Part shown: one piece after another, positions 38,057-50,538 of the stretch
Layout of the letters: each line of letters opens with the position of its first letter
Numbering within the stretch: the first letter of the stretch is position 1
NCBI RefSeq assembly: GCF_009914755.1
Contig: NC_060938.1
DNA from: the human T2T-CHM13v2.0 reference genome, Homo sapiens
Strand: one strand, 5' to 3'
Length of the DNA: 64,000 nucleotides
Program-made: the position numbers and the translations under genes
Notes under the pieces: generated by a model
Told to the model about the DNA's origin: nothing
The model's input: the letters and a program-made list of their open reading frames with translations, nothing else
Databases searched by the model: none

Positions 38057-38239
38057 ATGGTGCACAAAGCTGTGGTGGAGGTGGACGAGTCGGGAACCAG
38101 AGCAGCGGCAGCCACGGGGACAATCTTCACTTTCAGGTCGGCCCGCCTGAACTCTCAGAGGCTAGTGTTCAACAGGCCCTTTCTGATGTTCATTGTGGAT
38201 AACAACATCCTCTTCCTTGGCAAAGTGAACCGCCCCTGA
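38057..38239 (+). CDS. SERPINA5: Protein C inhibitor, last coding exon with RCL (P1-P1' Arg373-Ser374 at 38135-38140)
   Basis: ctgcag|MVHKAVVEVDESGTRAAAATGTIFTFRSARL...FNRPFL...GKVNRP*. The four exons total 1221 nt = 406 aa + stop. Confidence 0.98.
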   Translation: MVHKAVVEVDESGTRAAAATGTIFTFRSARLNSQRLVFNRPFLMFIVDNNILFLGKVNRP

Positions 38240-39095
38240 GGTGGGGCTTCTCCTGAAATCTACAGGCCTCAGGGTGGGAGATGAAGGGGGCTATGCTATG
38301 GCCCATCTGTATGCTGGTAGCTAGTGATTTACACAGGTTTAGTTGACTAATGAGGCATTACAAATAATATTACTCTATGATGATTGCTTCCACCCACACG
38401 ACTGCAACATACAGGTGCCTTGGGGAAATGTGGAGAACATTCAATCTTGCCGTCACTATTCATCAATGAAGATTAGCACTGAGATCCAGAGAGGCTGGAT
38501 GACTTGCTCAAGTTCACCAGCATGGTAGTGGCAAAGAGAGGTCCAGAGTCCTGGCCCTTGATGCCCAGCTCAGTGCCACAAAGCTCAGTAGGAGGGATGT
38601 TCCAGTGGATGAGGGCCACCAGGAAGCACAGGTCCAAGGCTGGTCCCACACTTATCAGCAGCAACAACTGTCAGTTCATCCTGCATGGGAAAAATGTTGG
38701 AATGGGAGTCTGAAATGGGGCTACTGTTTCAGTCCTAACGTGCTGTGTGACATTGGGACAACACTTTCCCTCTCTGGACCTCAGTTTCCCTCTGTATACA
38801 AGGATCAGATTCTTGCTGTGACCCAAGAACTCCTGAAATCATATAGAAAGGCTGGGGTGGGCCCTGTCATTCGTGGTTGATTTCAATACACTCAAGTGCC
38901 ATTCATCCTTTAAGAAAAACATCTGGATATCAAGGTGGAAATGGCCCATTTAATGATTGATTATATCATTTTGTGGATATAGTTATAATCTGATGGGCCT
39001 GGCTGGGAGTGGAAGAAGGGAAGCCTTTTGCAAATAGTAGAGTGTCAGTTGCAGGTGCCAATGACTAACTTTTTGAATTCTATGTTGGCATTAAC

Positions 39096-39101
39096 AATAA
39101 A
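39096..39101 (+). terminator. SERPINA5: SERPINA5 poly(A) signal AATAAA
   Basis: Canonical hexamer ~860 nt after the stop, followed by a U/GU-rich stretch (ctgtctttat). Confidence 0.8.
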
Positions 39102-40229
39102 GCATTTTGCAAACACTGGTTATAACTGTCTTTATGGAGGCAGCTCTGGGAATGGTGACATTGATAGCTTACCATGCTCCAGGCCGGGTGCCTGGCCCTT
39201 CACCTGGATGGTCGCATTTGCCCCTCATAAGACTCCCATGAAGAAAGGCACCACTGTTATCCCATCTGTTATTCACAGATGGGAAAGGCAAGGCTTGAAG
39301 TGGTTAGGTGGCTTACCCAGTCACATATCTTCTAAGTGGTGCAGCCAGAATTTGGCGGGGGGAGTGCGACCAAGAACCCTACACTCAGTCCTGTGCTCTG
39401 TGCTGTGGAGGAGAGATGACCAGGAGCAGAAACTTCATTCAGGGGCATCTCAGGCACCAGCTCCCCCATGAGCCAGCTAAGTTCCCTCCCTCCCTTCACC
39501 AAGCACCATGTGTTTCCTCATGTGCCAAATGAAGAGGATTAGATACTCAAGAATGGAATGAGTGGGTGAGTGAGTCCTTCGCTGCACCCAAGTCTGATTT
39601 TCTGTGCGCCTGCTCACCCCACCCTGCATGTTCTAAGCATGCTTCCATAAGGCTGTGCCCCACCCTCTGATTCTAGAGTCTGGACTGTATCAGAGGTGAG
39701 TGCCTACTAGAGGTAACAAGGTCAGGACCCCAAACCTTGTCCATCCCCCAAAGTACTGAGCCCCCACCATGCACCAGCCCATGCCAGATGCTTTGCACTT
39801 GTGATATCACCCATCCCTTGACAACCCAGCAAGTTCTATTATTGTTCCCATTTTACAGGCAATAACATAAGTGCTTTCCCAGGGTCCCACGCTGGTGACA
39901 GTGAGGGCCCAGGGTCTGAGAGCCCAGATCGCACATGTGCGGGCTGGTGGCAGGGGAGATGGCAGCAACCAGACTCAGACATTTCTCTGCAGTTGTGCTG
40001 TGGGCTCAGGGTGGCTCTTTATGAAGGGGCCCCTTCGTGGGGTCATGCACTCCTGTGTGCTTTCCCTTGCATCATGCCTTGCCTGTCTTGGCAAATATTT
40101 CTCTGGAGTTTACCCAGCCAGTCCAAGGTCACAGGGAAGCCCTGTCTGTGTCTCACACAGAAGGTCAACGTCCAGCACTGTCCAAACTTTACTCAGCAAA
40201 CAGTCACAAAGCAGCTCCTGTGTGGGGGG

Positions 40230-41805
40230 TCGGGGGTGGGCTCACTGTGGTCTCTGCTGCATGTCACACATTGAAGCACTGTGCTGGGGGTCATCGCAGG
40301 CTGTTTAACTCAATTGTCACATGAGCCTGGGTGCACAAAATGGTAGAGCAGCTCAGAGAGAGATGGACAGACAGCATGAACCTCTGAGGAGTCAGGTTTT
40401 CTTGGATGAAGGGACACTAAGATGGCTTTGGAGCGTGAGAAGGACCTCACCTAGCAAATGTGGGAAAGGAGTGAGACCTCCAGGCAGAGGGACTGGCTGG
40501 AGACGAGCGTGATGTGGTGAGCCATGGAGTGTATGGGTCCCCACAGAACTTCAGTCTGGGCCTGCACAGGGCATGTGGAGGAGACAAGGAGGAGGGAGGT
40601 GGCCGTGCCGGCGGTTCAGTGACAGAGATCCTAAATGGGAGGCCAGTGTTTTGTCTGATCTCTTTCATCCCAATTTCAGGGTAGTTTGGTCATCCACGCC
40701 ACATTCCAAGTGTCCCCTGGGCCCTTTCTCTCCCTCACCCCCCTGTCTGCACATGAGTAGATGCCTCCACGCAGCCCTCCCAGGACGCTCACCTCTATCC
40801 ACAGATGCTTCTCCAAAACCCACCAGGCCCTCCCATGGAACGAGCTCACCTACAGGGTAAAATCAGGTCACGGTCACATATAGGCCTGACTACTCCCCTC
40901 AGGACCCTCATTCACAGCCACTGTATTAATTTGCTGGGGCTGCCAAAACAAAGTGTCCTCATCTGGGAGGCTGCAGTAGATTTGCTGAAATTGATTTGCT
41001 AGCGTTGCTGAAATTGATTCAAGCTTGATTCTGGAGCTTGAATCGAAGATCAAGGCAAGTGCAGGGCTGGTTTCCCTGAGGCCTCTCCCCTTGGTTTGCA
41101 GGTGGCTCTCCTCTCCCTATGTCTTCACATGGTCCTCCTCTGCATGTGCCTGAGTTCTAACTTCCTCTCCTCTCCTCATCTACACCAGTCTTATAGAATT
41201 AGGGCCCCCCCAATGACCTCATTCTAACTTAATAACCTCTTTAAAGGCTCTATCTCCAAATACAGTCACATTTTGAAATATTGAGGGTTAGGACTTCAGT
41301 GTATGAATTTTGGGAGGACGCAACTCAGCCAGGCTCACTCTTATCATTACAGCTGCACTAGTGCCATGCCTGGTTCCCAGTGGACACCCCAGGAACAGCC
41401 ATCCATCCAGAGTGATATTCTGTGACATCCCCTACACTCCACAGCTCATCACATCACACTCGTCTCCAGTCGGTCTGTCTGCCTGGAAGTCCCACACCTG
41501 TTCCCACATCCACTGTCTGGGAGGTCCTTTTCATGCTTCAAAGCCAGCTCAGTGTCCTCCTTTGTACAAAAAAATGTCCTGACCTCTCAGAACTTCATTC
41601 TTTCTCTCTTTCTGTCGATCTTTGTCTGAACTCCTCTATCATTTTGTGCACCCAGGAACGTGTGACAATTGAGTTGAACAGGCTGCAAAAACGAAAAAGA
41701 AGAAAGAAATGCTGAGTTAAACAGGCTGCAATGACCCCCAGCACGGTGCTTCAATGCATGAAACGCATCAATGACTTGCAGCAGAGGCCACACTCAGCCC
41801 CCCTC
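40230..41805. repeat. Long imperfect inverted repeat (arms ~40230-40560 and ~41400-41805)
   Basis: Reverse-complement blocks match at 25/26, 22/23 and 24/26 nt in colinear inverted order. Confidence 0.9.
40921..41330 (-). mobile_element. MaLR (MLT1-type) LTR in the loop of the inverted repeat
   Basis: tgtattaatttgctggggctgcc...ctctatctccaaatacagtcacatt...gttaggacttcag. Confidence 0.7.
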
Positions 41806-42479
41806 TGCCCTTTGAGTTTTTGCAGCTCTTGCCAAGATCATTCTTTTTCTTAGAAAGCCCACCATTATTTTCCTCTCTAGCCATATGGATTCTAAAAGTT
41901 CCTCTTGTGAGCTGTAATCAGAATGCAGAGAAGTAATACAAGGTTAGGGCCCAGGACTCCTTCTCCCACCTCTCCCTGCAGAGACTCAGATTTTTTTAAA
42001 AAATGACCTTGGTCTTCAGGGGAAGAACTTCCCACCACAGTGAACAGCCATGCCCAGCCTACACTTGACTGTGCGGCTTACTTAGCTCATCCATCCAAAG
42101 GCTATTCCTGGGTTGCCTAGTGGAAATCCAGGCATGGAGCTAGTGCAAGCACAATGATAAGAGTGAGCCTGGCAGACACTGACCCCAGCAATAATCAGGT
42201 AAACAAATAAACAGAACTACAAACTATGATGACAACAATTCATCCATCCACAGATATTCACTGAATGGCCACTGTGTGCCTGGCACTGTTCCAAGTGCTG
42301 AAGAAAAATGAAGAAAACAAAAATCCCTGCCCTTATAGAGGAGACATTATAATGTGACAAGATAACATAATGAAAAAGAATGAAGAATAAAATAGAAAAG
42401 TAAAATGGATTGCATGTCACTTGATGACAAGTACTGTGGAATGAGGCTGTCATCTAAACGGAGCACAGAAAGTGGAACA

Positions 42480-43010
42480 TGGCGACATCTCAGCCAAAAG
42501 ACCCGGCAGACACCATCTTGGCCAAGGGATCGAGGTTGGCATCGCCAGCTGTGAGCAGTGCTGACATCTTATTATCTTCGATATGGCGTCATGAGCAGGC
42601 TGCCTCCTCTTGGTGGGATCTTCCCCCAAACCCAGAACCTCAGTCTAATCACAAGAAAATGACAGCCAATCCCAAGTTCAGGGACATTTGGCAAAATAGC
42701 CCACCACTCCTACTTAAAAGTGTCGAGGTCTTGAAAGGCAAGGAAACCCTGGGAAATCGTCTTTGGCCAGAGGAAACTAAGCAGACATGACGACTAAATG
42801 CAATGTAGAATCCTCGGACAGAAAAGGACATTAGTGGGACAGCTGGTGAAACCCAAGTAAGTCCAGGCTGTACCAATGTCCACTTCCCAGTTCTGAGGAA
42901 CATGCTGTGGTCTGTCCACATTTACATTAGGAGAAGCAGGGAGAGCGTATATGGGACTTCTCTGTATTGTTTTTATAACTTTTCTGTAAATCCAAAACTG
43001 TCTTAAAATA
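42480..43010 (+). mobile_element. Old L1M (L1MC-like) 3' end
   Basis: gacatgacgactaaatgcaatg...cagaaaaggacattagtggga...aacttttctgtaaatccaaaactgtcttaaaata. Confidence 0.55.
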
Positions 43011-43011
43011 G

Positions 43012-43107
43012 TTTTTTTAAATTATACTTTAAGTTCTGGGGTACAGGTGCAGAATATGCAGGTTTGTTACATAGGTATACATGTACCATGGTGGTTTGCT
43101 GCACCCC
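43012..43107 (-). mobile_element. ~95-bp L1PA 3'-terminal fragment
   Basis: ttatactttaagttctggggtaca...caggtttgttacataggtatacatg...ggtttgctgcaccc is the reverse complement of an L1PA 3' end. Confidence 0.85.
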
Positions 43108-44984
43108 CTTTTTTTAAGAAAATGTTTCAAAAAGAAAAACAGCCAAGTAGGGGAGGGCACACGAGTGGGGTTGGGAATTGCAAAGGCAGAAGCAGGAGAC
43201 CAGTTAAGGAAGAAAACGGGGCACTAAGAGAGACAATCAGGAGGACCTGCTGCAGCCAGGGCCCTGAGGGGCTCCCTGAGGTGGTGCCATTGAAGCGGAG
43301 TTCTGAGGGACAATCAGGTGTAGACACTGTGAGTCTCAGAAGTGGGAAAAGGGGAGTGCTGTGCACAAAATTGAGAGACGGTGCCTGTGGCAGCAGCTGA
43401 GGAGGGAAAGAGAAGGTGGGGTGGGAGGCCCATCCCTTCCTTGGCCACAAGGACACTGAGTAGGGTGCTGAGATGGGAGTAACAGTAATAATAACAGGCA
43501 GCACTTGGAGGCTGCGTCCCGTGTGTCTGGCACTCGCCTAAGCCCTTTGTGCACATTGGCTGAGTTAATGCAGAGGTGAACTGAGAGGCACCTGGGGTAG
43601 GGGCTGGGGGACAGGAAGCAGGTGACATCTCCAGTCCTCTCCAGCGTCCTTAGAGCAGGTCTACAGTACTGATCCTTCTCTGCCACCCTTCTCCAAGACC
43701 ACCTTGGTGGGAGTAAGGGGCTCTAAGGTGACAACACACACAGGAGCCACAGACACAAGACACAAGACACTTTTGACTCCCAGGAGAACCTAGTATGGGC
43801 ATCCACACACCCTTCCTGATGGTGACTTTTTATGTAGACATGCAGAGTGCAGTTAACCAGCTGTTCCTGCACACATCTGGATTGCTACTCACACATCTGT
43901 GCACACACACACACAGCCTCCTGGAGCACTGTGGCTTCTGGGTGGCTAACACAGCTACCACCTCTGGTTGTGCTGAGCTGAGCACCCATTGCCTGCTGGG
44001 GTGGGGAGAGGGCAGGCACTTTCCCTGCGCGACCCCGTTTAACCCTCTCTGCCCCACTGATGTGGTCCCTGTTGTCCCCGATGCACAGAGGAAGAATCTG
44101 TGTCAGGACCCCCAGAGCGGTGTCTCCACTAAGCAGAAGTCTCTGTTTCTCTCCTGGCCTCTCCCAGAGGGGCTGCTCTGAAGCATGTGGATTTGATCAG
44201 GATAATCAAGGTAAATGATCCTTATCTTGATCCATCACAAATGTTAAGGTACAAGGCTGTGGAGATGGAGAGTGGGTGGAGTCTCTGCTGCCCGGTATCC
44301 TAAGCTGGGTGATCGCAAGCAGACACACACATGACCACCTCTTGGGCCATGCAGGGGGAATGAATGTAATGAGGCCGATGTTACAGGGTTATTGAAGGCT
44401 CAGGGGAGACCAGGCCAAAAAAAAAAAAAAAAAAAAAGCTATGACCTGAGACCTCCCTATAGCAGTGTTTCTCAAACTCTGATTAACGTTACTTGAGGAG
44501 CTTGTTAAAAATACATACTCCTGGCCCTGATCAGATAAATCAGAATATTTGACACAGAGTCTTTAAGCTCCCCCTCGGGATTCAAATGCACACAGATTTT
44601 TGGTGCTTTGCCGCCTACAGTACAAGAGAGGGCAGGACTGTCCTGTTCAGTGCACTGTGACCCGGACGCTCAGGCCCACGGAACTCCCCTACTCCCCCTG
44701 CTCCCTGCGGTGCCACCCACCTAGCTTTCGTGCCTGAGGGTGGTCCTCAGACTCCTCCTAGAACAGGCCCAGAGGCTCTTAGCTATGTAAGTATTCATTC
44801 CTCCAATCACTGCAGAGCACTCACCAGGTAACAAGCACGCACACCCAGGCGAGTTCCCCATGCTCGTCCCCACGTTGATATCTCAGACTCTACAAGTCTT
44901 CAGCTGCTGCCTAGGACTCTGTAAGTCCTTGAGCTTGGGACCCCTACCACACACAAGCGCTGGGCGTGCCCCACAGGCGGGGAA

Positions 44985-45101
44985 GTGCTGGCCATATACA
45001 CCCAGTGAAGTGGGAATTCCAGATAATGAGTAACTTTTTAGCAAAGTACCCATGCCCTTTGAATTGTGAGGTGTTTTTGTTTGCTAAATCTGACAATTCT
45101 A
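44985..45101. mobile_element. MER53-like DNA transposon relic (internally deleted)
   Basis: cacccagtgaagtgggaattccagataa...tttttagcaaagta and tttgctaaatctgacaattct resemble the recalled MER53 (cgcccagttaaatttgaatttcagataa...; tttgctaaatctggcaaccct). Confidence 0.6.
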
Positions 45102-45415
45102 CCTGTAGGGAACAGGGATGATTGAGAAGCAGCTGCTCCGATGGCCAGAAGCCAACAGCCTTCCCTGCAGAGATGCGGGAAGTCCCAGGGACAGCAGGAA
45201 AGTCCAGGCACTGCACTGGCAGTGGGATTGGGGCTTGGGTCAGAAGAGGGTCAGGGCCACAAGGAAGGACCCTGGGAGGCTTCCTGCTACATAATATGAG
45301 GGCCGGGAGCATAACAAAGGATTGCCTTATCCATGATTGCATCATCAAACTGAAGCCTGAGACAGAACATTCTGTGAGGTGGCCTTGTTCACTGCAGAGG
45401 AGCTGACTCACACAG
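45010..45415. promoter_or_regulatory. SERPINA3: SERPINA3 distal (-13 kb) IL-1/TNF-type enhancer: 2x NF-kB, NFI, AP-1
   Basis: GGGAATTCCA 45012-45021; ATGGC-N5-GCCAA 45141-45155; GGGAAGTCCC 45177-45186; TGACTCA 45404-45410. Located ~13.0-13.4 kb upstream of SERPINA3 exon 1, matching my recollection of a described ~0.4-kb enhancer with two NF-kB and one AP-1 site. Confidence 0.75.
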
Positions 45416-47028
45416 TTTTGTCTGGGAAGTTGCAACCTGTGCCAGGAGTAGCCAGCCTGGGAGTAACAAAGAGGCTTTTCTACTGCAGGTTTTCCTAGAG
45501 CTCCTCTCCCTCCCTCCCCTGGCCAAAGGTGAGCTCTGCAGGGAGGGTCCGGCTCTAGGGGACTTTGCTCCTGGGCATCCTAGCTGCAGAGATTGGTGGG
45601 GCTTGTCCAGAAAGGGGGGTCTTCTGGACCTGGGGATGATGCAGTTGGGCCTCAGGGTACTGGGAGGCCAGTAGGGGTGCTTCAAACTGGCCAGTAACCT
45701 GAAGGACTCATATTCTTAAGGATATCCTGGTGGCCACGTAGAAAACAGTCAGGTGGGGTGAGGGTGGAAGTAAGGACCAGCTCAGAGGTCACTGAGGGTG
45801 CAGCCAGACAGGCTGGGACCCACGTGGGCAGCAGAGGTGGGGAGTAGGGATGTGGAGGGGGAGACCCAGCCCCACGCTGGGGGCCCTGAGGGGAGGTGGA
45901 GGCTGAGCCAGGAGAAGAGGCACCACCCACTCACTTCCTGCTTGCTGAATGACTGTGAGGAGCAGGAGAAGGAGCAAAAGAGCAAGTGAGGAAGTCAAGG
46001 GGGTTATTTGGGGGCAATGCTCCATGTGAGGGTAGCTAAGGACAGGTGCCAAGGAGGCCCCTGTGTCAAAATCCCAGGTCAAAATGTTAGTTACCAGAGA
46101 CCTCTGATAAAGACAGAGCCACAGGTAAAACGCAGCGGCACAACCCCTCGACCCTAAAATCAGAAGCCTATCTGTGTCCTGGCGAGGAGAGAAGCACGAG
46201 TGATCATCCACACTGCCAGGACGCAAGCCCGTTATTTCTGATGCAAAACCCAGGCTCCCTCCAGGGCTGGCACAGAGGACTGCCAGAGGAGTCAGGGGGC
46301 CTCCACCTTCCCTAGCTGCGCAACCTCAGAGGGTGTCTCCTTATCTCTGGGGTCACTGTGTCTTCATGGCCAGGCTGGGCACAGGTCAGCTGGGAGTGGA
46401 GCTGTGTTTGCAGGGAAGGAACGAGGGTGGACGTCGAAGCCAACCTGCCTGGTTCAGAATCCTGGCTCAGCTTGGCACTTACCAGCAGTGGTGGTGAGGC
46501 CTTGGGAATGAGCTCCGCCTCCCTGTACTTCCGTTTCCTCATATCTAAAATTGAGGGAGTAATGGGACCCGCCTCAGTGGGTGTTCATGTGGATTCCATG
46601 TGCTCTTAAGCATAAAGAACAGAGCAGCTATGATGACCATCATCTATGTCACTGGGCCTCCGGAAGTGAGGGAAGGAGAGGCAGATTTGCTTAAGTAGAA
46701 GGAAGGCGGAGGAAGGTAGTAAGGCGTCAGCCATGTGGCACAGATTGTATTATGAGATTTACTGGTTTTCTTACTTCGTCCTCAAATTTCCCTCCTTACC
46801 CACTTCCCATGATTCCTGAGAGTCAAGAGGACGGGAGCTGTGGAATGTGTTAGTCATCTACTGCTGCAGAGTAAATAGCCCATGATTATCTCACAGAGCT
46901 CCTGAGGGTCAGGAATCCAGGATTGCTGTTGGCCAGGGCAATCCCAGAAGGCTCACTTGTGGGGCTGTTGGTAGAAGGTCTCAGTTCCTCCCTATGTGGG
47001 CTACTCACAGGGCTGCTCAAATGTGACT

Positions 47029-47606
<578 letters not shown>

Positions 47607-48314
47607 AGAAGCATCAGTCTTTTTATAACCCAATCTCGGAAATGACACCCCACCCCTTCTGCCTTAGAAAGAAGTCACTAAGTCCAGTCCAATGTGAGAG
47701 AAAGTAATTAAGCTCTATCTCTTCAAGGAAGTGGTATCAGACATTTGTGGACACATTTGTAAAATGACCAGAGCGTTAGAACCTCAGAATCCAGCAGACT
47801 AATTGCCCTCATAGTAGATTATTAATGTTTTAAAAAATGGATGGACTAGCTGAAGGAATAAATGAACGAGTGAGTGAGCAGGATATTTCTGTCTCATTTC
47901 ACATGCAGAAAAGGCACTGAGGCTCAGAGGAATTAGGACATGTGTGAGGTTCTCTAGGCAGTAAGGGGTGGGGGCTGGCCTGGTTTGCCAGAACTCGGAG
48001 ATGCAGCATGCAGCGTGCAGCAGTTCTGAAATGGAAGCCAGGGATGGCAAGCTACAGCAGCCACTCCCTCCCGGAGGGAGAACGGACCCAACACCAAGGA
48101 GGAAGGGATGACTCAGCAGCCCTCAAAACAGAGTCAGGAGTTCTCCCTGCTTTTGCCAAACCCTCTACAGGCACCTCTTATCCATACAGGGACGCAGCCA
48201 AAGGCCTAGCTGTGCTGAAGGAAATTTGCAAATCCTGCCTCAAATCTGCAGCCAGTATCTCCCCCAGCAGCCTCCAAACCAGGCCAGCACGAACCCAGCC
48301 AGAGAGCAGCATAG

Positions 48315-48761
<447 letters not shown>

Positions 48762-49432
48762 TCCTAAGAATTCTTAAAGGAGCTACGGTTGACAAAAGAG
48801 TTTCAGAGAGGTAAAGTTATGGCCCTAAAGTCACCCAGCAAGTAGATGTGGCAAAGCCATGTTGCAAAAGAAGCCCTGGTGGGTGACACTCTTTGGATGG
48901 CCCCTGCCTCTCCGGAAGGCACCAGCGTTGGTTTCTCTCTGCCTCACCTTCCCATGCAGGTGGGCACGTTTGTGCTTGGGCTCCTGCTGGTTATGCCCCA
49001 GAAGCACACTCTTCCCTATCTGCAGTCCCAGCCCATGTGTGGACACAACCCATTTCCTAGGGTGTTCCTTAGCCCACTGCACCAAGTCAGCATTTAGGAA
49101 TCAAGAGTGGCACCACAAAGGCAATAGCTGTGAAGACCACAAGCAGCATCACAGTGATCAAGCTTGCAGAATTCCATTGTCTGATGGACTCTGTGTGTAC
49201 CAAGGTGACTGCAATCCAGGGACAGTGAGAGTCACTAGGCCTTGGACTAAGCATCTGCTTGTCCCAGGTCCCAGGCTGAACATTTGATGTGAATCTTTAG
49301 TCTCTTCACTTTTGAGACAGGCACTACAGCCACACTCACACAGGTCCCAAAGGCCAGTGCCACCCACTACCTCTGCCATCTCCACTCCTGCATTCCACCA
49401 GATTCCCTGACCTTTAGAAATAGTCTCCTGGA

Positions 49433-49743
49433 GGCCAGGCCTGCTGGCTCAAGCCTGTAATTCCAGCTCTTTGAGAGGCTGAGGTGGGCGGATTACCTGA
49501 GGTCAAAAGTTTGAGATCAGCCTGGCCAATATGGTGAAACCCCGTCTCTACCAAAAATACAAAAATTAGCCAGGTGTGGTGGCAGTCACCTGTAATCGCA
49601 GCTACTCAGGAGGCTGAGGCAGGAGAATTGCTTGAACCCAGGAAGTAGAGATAGTAGAGATTGGAGTGAACTGAGATCATGTCATTGCACTCCAGCCTGG
49701 GCAACAGAGTGAGACTCCATCTCAAAAAGAAAAAAAAAAGAAA
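49433..49743 (+). mobile_element. Alu (AluS-like)
   Basis: TSD agaaatagtc(t/c)cctgga at 49416-49432 and 49744-49760. Confidence 0.95.
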
Positions 49744-50244
49744 AGAAATAGTCCCCTGGAGCCCCTGGCCCTGACCTCCCAAAAGCCAGAGTGAACTTTC
49801 AATCTCACCGTAGGCTGACCCCCTGTGTCCATTTTAAGCCAGAGGACTATACCCATCCACAGTCAAAGAAGAGGGTGGTGACCGATGTGGACAAAGCTCC
49901 CATTCAGCTGAGACCCCAATCAGTAAAGAAAATCTTTCCCTACACAGATCTACAGACAACCAAAGCCTTAAAAAGGCATCAACCCTAAAGCCTGTGAAAA
50001 TGTGATTTTCTCTCCTGTGTTCAAGAATGGAAATGCCTTCCTTCATTTTTAAAGAAGGAGCAGGGGATGGTGGTGAGAGTCTGGATTTGGCATTGGATTG
50101 GTCTTTCCTAAACTCCAACAGCTCCTGCATTTAACAGCTAGGGGTATGTGGGCAAATCACATGATTAGACATAGGAAGCTTTTTCCTCCTTCCTACTCCC
50201 CTTCCTGGAGGTTGACACAGACCAAAGCTTGGTAAGAAAACTTA

Positions 50245-50538
<294 letters not shown>

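Noticed and set aside
38122-38142. Cryptic acceptor-like tcttcactttcag at the PCI P1 codon
   Set aside because: Explained by the IFTFR codons; its use would frameshift, and there is no supporting evidence
44417-44437. Isolated A21 run as a retro-insertion
   Set aside because: No TSD or element body; best treated as a simple homopolymer
46460-46940. A second SERPINA3 enhancer near -11.5 kb
   Set aside because: I see only partial AP-1 (TTAGTCA) and NFI half-sites, so I cannot delimit it from sequence
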